Source: Desulfobacteraceae bacterium
Lineage (GTDB): Bacteria; Desulfobacterota; Desulfobacteria; Desulfobacterales; Desulfosalsimonadaceae
Direction of reading: 5' to 3'
Assembly: GCA_003597945.1 (NCBI GenBank)
Contig: QZJS01000003.1
Coordinates: 4,039 to 68,038 of the forward strand
DNA: 64,000 nt
Shown here: positions 57,468 to 64,000 of the stretch, one piece after another
Layout: every line of letters begins with the position of its first letter
Numbering within the stretch: position 1 is the stretch's first letter
Program-made: the position numbers and the translations under genes
The notes under the pieces: model-generated
Told to the model about the DNA's origin: nothing
Databases searched by the model: none
Seen by the model: the letters and a program-made list of their open reading frames with translations, nothing else

Positions 57468-57719
57468 ATGAGTAAGCTTAAGAATGGGAGATGGATCATG
57501 CCGGAAGCAAACTACAATCAAGTCATGTCCGAGATAAAAACATTAAAGTTATCAGACCAGCTTCGCCTTTTAGAAGAAATGGCGACGCTGATTCGCAAAG
57601 GGGCAAGCAAGCAAGCACTCCGCAGCATTTTGGAGATCAGAGGAAAAGGCAAGGATATCTGGAAAGGCCTGGATGTAAAAGCCTATATAGATGAGGAAAG
57701 ATCATCGTGGAATGGATAA
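57468..57719 (+). CDS. type II antitoxin partner of the downstream PIN toxin
   Basis: 83 aa, overlapping the PIN gene by 13 nt. A start at an internal Met is possible. Confidence 0.55.
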   Translation: MSKLKNGRWIMPEANYNQVMSEIKTLKLSDQLRLLEEMATLIRKGASKQALRSILEIRGKGKDIWKGLDVKAYIDEERSSWNG

Positions 57720-58144
57720 ACGACCTGCAGGGGAAAACGGTTGGCCTCGATACTGCGCCGCTGATTTATTTTATTGAAGAAAATCCACTTTACATTAAAG
57801 CTGTACGGTTTTTCTTCGAAGCAATGGACAAAGGCAATTTTACGGTGGTCACTTCAACTGTGACCTTGTTGGAAGTGCTGGTGCATCCATTGCGCTGCAA
57901 CGACAGAGAACTTGCGGCAGAGTACCGGGATATCTTGCTTAATTCAAGACTAATTACGTTGGAAGTTTCAAACGCTATTGCGGAACAAGCCGCCCAACTC
58001 AGAGCAACCCATAATATCCGCACACCGGATGCCATCCAAATAAGTGCGGCATTAAATGCGGGTGCGACTCACTTTTTTACTAATGATATCAGATTGCCTG
58101 AAATCCCTTCTATCCGGATTCTCTCCATTGATACACTTGTCTGA
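57707..58144 (+). CDS. vapC: PIN-domain toxin VapC
   Basis: 145 aa with VGLDTAPLIYFIE, LLEVLV and TPDAIQISAAL...FFTND. Confidence 0.85.
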   Translation: MEWINDLQGKTVGLDTAPLIYFIEENPLYIKAVRFFFEAMDKGNFTVVTSTVTLLEVLVHPLRCNDRELAAEYRDILLNSRLITLEVSNAIAEQAAQLRATHNIRTPDAIQISAALNAGATHFFTNDIRLPEIPSIRILSIDTLV

Positions 58145-58804
58145 AACGCGGATTATATTGTATCCATGGACCCGCATTTGAGGAACCTTCCAGCATTACC
58201 GAAGCATCCAGATTGTGAACGATGTGTCGATCAGTGAAGGACAGTTTCCGGTTGTTGGGGTAATAGGTATGGGCGTTGGTTTTGGTAAACGGCCCGAAGT
58301 TTACGGTCTCGGCGATCTTGCGGGAAGCCGCGTCATAGCCGTATGCGGTTGATGTGACGCCGTCGTCGTAGCCCGTGAGATTGCCGGACGCGTCATAGGT
58401 GAAGGCGACGGTTTTTTGGGGCGTGATTGAAAATGAGCGTCATCGGCCGGGAACTCAAAGGATAACCCATCGGCCCGCACCAGCACCCAGTTGGTCAGGG
58501 TCAGCTCGCCGTTTAGCACGTCCCCGGCCTTCATGTAGGAAAGGGATACGGACGTGGGCTCAAACACCACCACCGGCGCCGGCACGTGGGTCAGGTAGGT
58601 GGCGTGAAGCACGATCTCATAGCGGTCCTGGATGGCGGTCTCGGTCACCTCCCATTCCACGGTCACCATGTGGTAATCTAAAAAGACGTCCTCGGATGCC
58701 GTGACCCCGGGCTTCACCCAGAACCGGCCCGGATTTTCGTCGCTGATGAGATTGACGATAAATTTTTCTCTGGAAAAGTTAAATTGGAATGGTGTACCAT
58801 ACAC
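58145..58804 (-). pseudogene. frameshifted fragment of a large RHS/YD-repeat surface protein
   Basis: Track ORF 58301-58804 looks like a real domain up to ...FPADDAHFQ, then becomes Pro/Ser/Arg junk. A second frame continues ...TFTYDASGNLTGYDDGVTSTAYGYDAASRKIAETVNFGPF..., which is YD repeats, and runs into the vapC 3' end. Confidence 0.5.
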
Positions 58805-59065
58805 TCAGCATTTAAGCGACATCGCAAATTTTATAGATTTTATGCGGTATAGAAACAGCTGAGCGCAAAAAAGGTGGTCAAGCTGGAGGGAATTCTAAAA
58901 GGGCGTGATATCGACCTTTCCGTGCTGAAAACGTTTAAAAAGCAGACCTGGCAACACGTTGATCCATATGATGGATACAATGCTTACAAAACAAAAAATG
59001 AAAGAGCTTATTCGGCAAGGAAGGTGCGTGATCACCGACAGGCCGTTAGATTAGGAGATATCACC

Positions 59066-59254
59066 ATGCAGACTGAAAGCATCAAACAAGAAGCGTATCG
59101 ACTCCTCGACAATCTGCCGGAACAGGCGACATGGGACGATTTAATGGATAGAATCTATGTCCGCCAGGCTATTGAAGCGGGAATAAGGGACAGCGACGCC
59201 GGCGAAACAGTGGATGTTCATGAGGTTCGCAAAAGATTCGGGCTGAAAGAATGA
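59066..59254 (+). CDS. type II antitoxin (partner of RelE/ParE toxin)
   Basis: 62 aa from an internal ATG with an AGGAG RBS: MQTESIKQEAYRLLDNLPEQATWDDLMDRIYVRQAIEAG. Overlaps the toxin gene by 4 nt. Confidence 0.6.
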   Translation: MQTESIKQEAYRLLDNLPEQATWDDLMDRIYVRQAIEAGIRDSDAGETVDVHEVRKRFGLKE

Positions 59255-59538
59255 AAGTTCGCTGGACGAAAAACGCGATTGAGCATCTTGCCAGTATTTA
59301 CGAGTACATTGCTGCAAATTCTCCGGCATACGCCAAGCGGACAGTTGATAAAATAACCAACCGTTCTACGCAGATTGGCCGCATGCCTTACTCAGGCCGG
59401 AAAGTCCCGGAATACGAAGCCGATGACATCCGGGAGTTAATTGAATATCCCTACCGGGTTATCTACCGGATCAAAACCGGACAGATTGACGTATTGGCAG
59501 TGATTCACGGGGCGCGTCAATTGCCGGATGATATTTAA
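59251..59538 (+). CDS. RelE/ParE-family toxin
   Basis: 95 aa: WTKNAIEHLASIYEYIAANSPAYAKRTVDKI...YRVIYRIKTGQIDVLAVIHGAR. Confidence 0.8.
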   Translation: MKVRWTKNAIEHLASIYEYIAANSPAYAKRTVDKITNRSTQIGRMPYSGRKVPEYEADDIRELIEYPYRVIYRIKTGQIDVLAVIHGARQLPDDI

Positions 59539-59581
59539 GAAAGGAATGGATCAATTTTAATCCCCGCCGCCCCGGGCTCCC

Positions 59582-59846
59582 ATGTGCAACGCCTACGCCG
59601 AACGGTTTATCCGGGAAGCCAGAGAAACCCTTAAACAACATTATTCCCCTGGGCGAACGCCACTTCCGTCATGTTCTGCGCTGCATCCAAACCCATCACA
59701 ACGGGCAGCGGCCGCATCAGGGAATCAACAACCTCATCCCGCTTGGGTACGAATACCCGGAAAACCCGGCCGACCCGGAAGATGTTCGTTGTGAGTCCAT
59801 GCTCGGCGGCATGCTCAATCATTATTACGTCAAAAAAGCGGCCTGA
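59582..59846 (+). mobile_element. transposase (rve/integrase-core) C-terminal remnant, frameshifted
   Basis: CNAYAERFIREARETL in one frame, then IPLGERHFRHVLRCIQTHHNGQRPHQGINNLIPLGYEYPENPADPEDVRCESMLGGMLNHYY in another. No N-terminal part and no terminal repeats found. Confidence 0.55.
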
Positions 59847-60109
59847 CAACAGGCGCCGGGTAAAACCGCGCGACCATTGATCACGGCCGCAGGTTTAGCG
59901 TTCAAGACGAAACCGCTGCCGGAACCGCCTTCAATCCGTCTGAACCTGTCGGATTTGAACGGAAACACGTTAAATCCGCCTTCGACCCGCCCCACTCTTT
60001 CTGAAAACGGATGAGATTTTTCTCATATTTTCTGACTGAACACTTGAAATGGCGGATTTTTTTGCGACGGATTAATATTTGTATAGTACAGGCCGCCCGT
60101 CTTAGATTA

Positions 60110-60874
60110 TCATCGCCGGGCGGATAAAAACTCACGGATAGCCTTTGAAACCAACTGGCTTTGTTCAATAGGCGACAAATGTCCGGCCCCCGGAACGGAC
60201 AGGATGCGTGATCCGGCAATATTGGCATTAAGAAATTGCCCGTATTTCGGCGGCGTGATAATGTCTTTTTCACCGGTAATCACCAGCACCGGCGCCTGGA
60301 TACGGTGAAGTTCATTCATTACGTCAAAAGAATTACACGCACGAAAGTCGTCGAGGGCGATCTGGGGATCGCCGGTGGTCATGGCTGATAGAAGCGGAAT
60401 GATCCGTTTTCTGTCGCTGTCCGGGCCAAGACTGAACTGGGCTGTCAATTCAAGATACTGGTGAAAATCCTTTTCAATGGTTTCAAAAATCAGCGGCAGG
60501 ACCTTCAGGCGCGCCCCGGTATTCATGAGAACGGCTGCCACTGCCGCATCAGGCCTACGGATCAGAATCTCAAGTGCGATGGCCCCGCCCATGCTGAGAC
60601 CGCAGAGAATGGTTTCTTTGCAGGGGATATGTCCCATCAGGTCCAAGACGGCATCCGCGTAACCGGCAACAGCATCATATCCTTTGCCAATGGATGCCCC
60701 ATGGCCCGGCAGATCCAGGGCGATGGTGTTGGCCGCATCGGACAGGTCGGCCACCTGATATTGCCAGAGACCCTTTGACAGGGCAGCGCCATGAATAAAT
60801 ATCAGCGCGGGCAGGGACGGATCAATGGGCCATCGGGCGGTGATCACGGGATGCGCGCCGATCATTGTCGTCAT
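60110..60874 (-). CDS. alpha/beta-fold hydrolase
   Basis: Nucleophile elbow GLSMGG and HGA oxyanion region. I chose the ATG at 60874 (MTTMIGAHP), which overlaps the upstream stop by 1 nt. The track start is 60916. Confidence 0.8.
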   Translation of the reverse strand: MTTMIGAHPVITARWPIDPSLPALIFIHGAALSKGLWQYQVADLSDAANTIALDLPGHGASIGKGYDAVAGYADAVLDLMGHIPCKETILCGLSMGGAIALEILIRRPDAAVAAVLMNTGARLKVLPLIFETIEKDFHQYLELTAQFSLGPDSDRKRIIPLLSAMTTGDPQIALDDFRACNSFDVMNELHRIQAPVLVITGEKDIITPPKYGQFLNANIAGSRILSVPGAGHLSPIEQSQLVSKAIREFLSARR

Positions 60875-61554
60875 TATGATGCTCCTTTGTTTATTGTTTT
60901 TAAGACGAATCCGCATTTGGGTATCTTATGCAGCGGGCCTGCCGCCGAAGGTGTGATCATTTCATATGGTATGGCCAGCAGGACTAAGGGATCGAAAAAA
61001 GCGGACCGGTCCGTCCGGTTCAACAACGGCCAGGTGAGGATTTCCACCGGCGGCAGCCGGCGGCACCATGCCGCGCTGACATGGAGGTGGGCCGGCAGAC
61101 GGGTTCGACCAATATCGACATCGGCGATACGGGCGAAAACGTCACCTTCATCAAGGGTGTCTCCCACGGCCACATGGGCATCCGGCGTCACATGCCCGTA
61201 AAACGTGTAAAAATCTTCTTCAGCCATGCCGGGCATCTGATGGCGGACGATGACGGTCCGGTCGAGAAAGTCAGAAATAACGGCAACGATTCTTCCCGGA
61301 TGGATCAGGGGCACCCGGATGGTCTCATCTAACCGCAACAGCCCTTTGCCATGAGTCTGAAACAGGCACAGGTCAACGCCCTCGTGGGAAAACGGCCGCT
61401 GACCCGCCGGAGACCACCATTGTTTTACGGCATCAAACCCCATGCCCGGCAGAAACACAAACCGGTCAAACCCGAGCCTGGAGAGATGGTTTTCCGCGGC
61501 CAGTTTCTCCGCAAATCCCCCGGACGCAAAACCCCCATCAATTCCCGCGATCAT
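60874..61554 (-). CDS. M23-like metallopeptidase-fold protein
   Basis: 226 aa with SHEGVDL and PAHLHVS motifs (HxxxD / HxH). Confidence 0.5.
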   Translation of the reverse strand: MIAGIDGGFASGGFAEKLAAENHLSRLGFDRFVFLPGMGFDAVKQWWSPAGQRPFSHEGVDLCLFQTHGKGLLRLDETIRVPLIHPGRIVAVISDFLDRTVIVRHQMPGMAEEDFYTFYGHVTPDAHVAVGDTLDEGDVFARIADVDIGRTRLPAHLHVSAAWCRRLPPVEILTWPLLNRTDRSAFFDPLVLLAIPYEMITPSAAGPLHKIPKCGFVLKTINKGAS

Positions 61555-61560
61555 AATCTT

Positions 61561-62811
61561 TTACTTGCCCCGGGCATCCAGTGCTTCGGCCATTTCCAGA
61601 AACCGCCGGGACTCGGCGGCATCGCCCATTTTATCGTAGAGCTGTTGAATACGATAATAGTATTCCTTTTTGTTGTCCGGGTCTTCCTGGGTGAGACTTA
61701 AAAAAAGATCGAGCAATTTTTTAGGCTGATCCCCGGCCTGGAAGCAGAGTTCGGCGTATCGACGCCGTATAAAGGGATCCGTACGCGAGCCGCAGGAAGC
61801 GCATCCTTTGATGATCTGGGCGTAAAGGTCTCTTGCCGCATAAATTTCACCGGCGGCTTCCAAGGTTTTGGCCAGGGACCGGGCCATGATTTCATTATAG
61901 CCGTAATCGTTTAACCATGTGGAAAGCAGACGAATCGCGGGCTTGAAATCGCCTTTGAGATACAGGGTTTCGCTTATTAAAAGCTGGATCTGAAGCGATG
62001 CCTGGAGCTTTGCCGGGCATGATCCCAGAAGCGATAAGGCCCGATCGTATGCCTTTTGCTCCCAGTATATATCACACAGGATCTGATATCCCCGGATCGA
62101 CTCAGGATGATGTTGGATAAAGGGTTCCATCAACTGGCGGGCGGTCTCGTAGCGGCCGAGGTTGATCAGGGCTGTTGCCAGTTCCGGAGGAATAAGACCG
62201 TCGGGGTCGTCATTTTCATCCATGGCATCTTCAAGCCGGTCCGCGGCGGTTTCAAAATCGCCGCTGTTTAAGGCGACAAAGCCTTCCCTGAACGCCGGGC
62301 TGAAACCATGGTAGGCGTCCTGAATCTCATCGGGCAGGATGCTGCACAAAATAAAAAAATAATCATCTTCATCCCCGTCTTCATGATCTTCAATAATCGG
62401 GCCGCCCGCATCCCCGGTCACGGCGTCAGCGGTCTGATTTAATTCCCGGTTCAGGTCGCGGCCGTCGTGGGTGTCCCCGCGCAGCGCCAGCAGATTGCGG
62501 GTTAATGTTTCATCTTCGGTAAGATCAAGAGCCAGGCTCACCAGTTCATAAGCCTCCTCGTCATGCTCCCCGGTCATCAGCAATTCCCGTGCGGTCTCCA
62601 GGTGTGATCCTGCCAGAGCCTCCCGCGCCTTGCGGCATTTATCGCCAAGACGCCGAATCAGGGCGATATTTTCGGGCGATTTTTTTCCAGCCCGGGCCAG
62701 CGCCCGGTCATATTCGATTTTCGCCGAGCCGTAATCACCGTTATTAAAACAGCGATCCGCCGCCTCTTCGAAATTTTCCGGCGATTTCTGAAAAATTGAA
62801 AACAGACCCAT
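61561..62811 (-). CDS. TPR-repeat protein
   Basis: 416 aa with repeated A..Y.....AL-type 34-aa helical units throughout. Confidence 0.75.
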   Translation of the reverse strand: MGLFSIFQKSPENFEEAADRCFNNGDYGSAKIEYDRALARAGKKSPENIALIRRLGDKCRKAREALAGSHLETARELLMTGEHDEEAYELVSLALDLTEDETLTRNLLALRGDTHDGRDLNRELNQTADAVTGDAGGPIIEDHEDGDEDDYFFILCSILPDEIQDAYHGFSPAFREGFVALNSGDFETAADRLEDAMDENDDPDGLIPPELATALINLGRYETARQLMEPFIQHHPESIRGYQILCDIYWEQKAYDRALSLLGSCPAKLQASLQIQLLISETLYLKGDFKPAIRLLSTWLNDYGYNEIMARSLAKTLEAAGEIYAARDLYAQIIKGCASCGSRTDPFIRRRYAELCFQAGDQPKKLLDLFLSLTQEDPDNKKEYYYRIQQLYDKMGDAAESRRFLEMAEALDARGK

Positions 62812-62828
62812 GCCATCTCCTTTTTTAG

Positions 62829-64000
62829 TTATGCAGCAGATTCACGATCGCCTTGCGCGTATATCGGCATGGCCATCAGATCGATCAAATCATCACGGGT
62901 AAAAGATTTCAGCAACCCGGGGTCGTTTTCCACGATAACGTCAGCCATTAATGTTTTCTTGCGGGCGATCATCGCGGAAATCTTTTCCTCCAGGGTGCCC
63001 TCGGTAACCAGTTTAAAGACCTGGACCCCCCGGGTCTGTCCGAGACGATGCACCCGGTCCGTGGCCTGATCCTCCCGGGCCGCATTCCACCAACGGTCAT
63101 AATGGATCACGACGGACCCGGCGGTAAGATCGATTCCAGTTCCGCCGGCCTTAAGGCTGCCGGCAAACACGCGGCACTCCGGGTCATTGTTGAAACGATC
63201 GATTTCTCTGGCACGGAGCCGTGTCTGACCGGTAATGCCCGCAAAACCGATGTTGTTTTTTCCAAGATGCGCGCGGATGATCTCTATCATGCTGACGAAC
63301 TGACTGTATACAACGATTTTCAGGTCGCTTTCCAGGCAGGTTTCAAGCAGTTCCGTAAACAGTTGCCATTTACCCGATGCCTCCGGGCCGTAAATATCCT
63401 GTTCCGCATCCGAAGAAATGGATGCCGGGTGATTGCAGATCTGTTTGAGCAGGGTCAGAAGCGCAAAAATATGAAGGTAGGGAATCTTGTCATCACCCTT
63501 CTCAATGGCGCGGATCAGGCTCACGCCCCGGCCGGAGATGGCCTGGCGGTAAAGTTTCACTTGGGTATCGGTCAGACGGCAGTACCGGATATCTTCGATT
63601 TTTTCCGGAAGCTCCGTCAGGACCGCCGACTTGGTCCGGCGCAGGGCAAAAGGCCGTATCAGGCGGCGCAATGCCTCCCGGCGGCCGCGCTCACCGGCAT
63701 CTCCCCGTTCGTATTGATCGGCAAACCCGTCGCTTGATCCCAGATAGCCCGTCAAAACCAGGTCCATGAGCGCCTTGAGCTCTCCCAGGCGGTTTTCCAC
63801 GGGTGTGCCCGTCACCCCGATTTTGATATCGGCATTAAGTATGGCGGCGGCCTCATAGGTTTTGGCCTCGGGATTTTTGACATACTGGGCCTCATCAAAT
63901 ATCGCCAGGCTGAATCCGATTTTTGCCAGCCGGTCCGCGTCCCTTAACAGGATACCGTAGGAGGTGATCAAGACCGCGCCCATTGAAAAGGTGGCTTCCA
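62829..64000 (-). CDS. SNF2-family helicase, C-terminal part (5' end beyond window)
   Basis: DEAQYVKNPEAKTY (motif II), LKAGGTGIDLTAGSVVIHYDRWWNAAREDQATDRVHRLGQ (motifs V/VI). The frame stays open to position 64000. Confidence 0.85.
   Translation of the reverse strand, partial: EATFSMGAVLITSYGILLRDADRLAKIGFSLAIFDEAQYVKNPEAKTYEAAAILNADIKIGVTGTPVENRLGELKALMDLVLTGYLGSSDGFADQYERGDAGERGRREALRRLIRPFALRRTKSAVLTELPEKIEDIRYCRLTDTQVKLYRQAISGRGVSLIRAIEKGDDKIPYLHIFALLTLLKQICNHPASISSDAEQDIYGPEASGKWQLFTELLETCLESDLKIVVYSQFVSMIEIIRAHLGKNNIGFAGITGQTRLRAREIDRFNNDPECRVFAGSLKAGGTGIDLTAGSVVIHYDRWWNAAREDQATDRVHRLGQTRGVQVFKLVTEGTLEEKISAMIARKKTLMADVIVENDPGLLKSFTRDDLIDLMAMPIYAQGDRESAA

Overview
This 64-kb window looks like part of an anaerobic Desulfobacterota (deltaproteobacterial) chromosome; that placement is inferred from gene content only. 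I found no rRNA, tRNA, CRISPR array or intact transposase. The window has three blocks. (i) 1-10.5 kb holds minus-strand housekeeping genes: a leuC/leuD-type dehydratase, HIT, USP, a kinase-like protein, a GAF protein and aat-clpA-clpS. (ii) 10.9-49.8 kb is a 39-kb block in which every supported gene is on the + strand. It is punctuated by eight copies of a ~150-bp cassette with fixed geometry: a palindromic GGYCATATRTGRCC site plus a third ATRTGRCC half-site, an AAATCA element 39-41 bp upstream of the promoter, and a TGGCAC-N5-TTGA sigma-54-type -24/-12 box. These cassettes precede envelope and general-stress-type genes: OmpA-family proteins, a FadL-like OMP, two IPTL-CTERM ice-binding-like surface proteins with exosortase H, a yqjD/yqjE/yqjK-like set, a DUF11 lipoprotein, a small beta-barrel OMP, an RpoH-like sigma factor, and a BON/CsbD/DUF4398-OmpA/lmo0937 operon that may extend to a radical SAM enzyme and a ClsB-like gene. 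At the centre of the block is a tightly packed kaiC-kaiB-kaiB-(PAS + sigma-54 enhancer-binding protein) operon, preceded by a stand-alone response regulator. My main hypothesis is that a KaiA-less KaiBC timer or sensor is wired to a sigma-54 activator that drives this local regulon, including a secondary sigma factor. This is inference and needs experimental or comparative testing. (iii) 49.8-64 kb holds a VapBC pair, secA, an M23 peptidase, folD, argC, a small degraded islet (RHS/YD fragments, VapBC, RelE/ParE pair, transposase remnant), and an alpha/beta hydrolase, M23-like, TPR and SNF2-helicase cluster.
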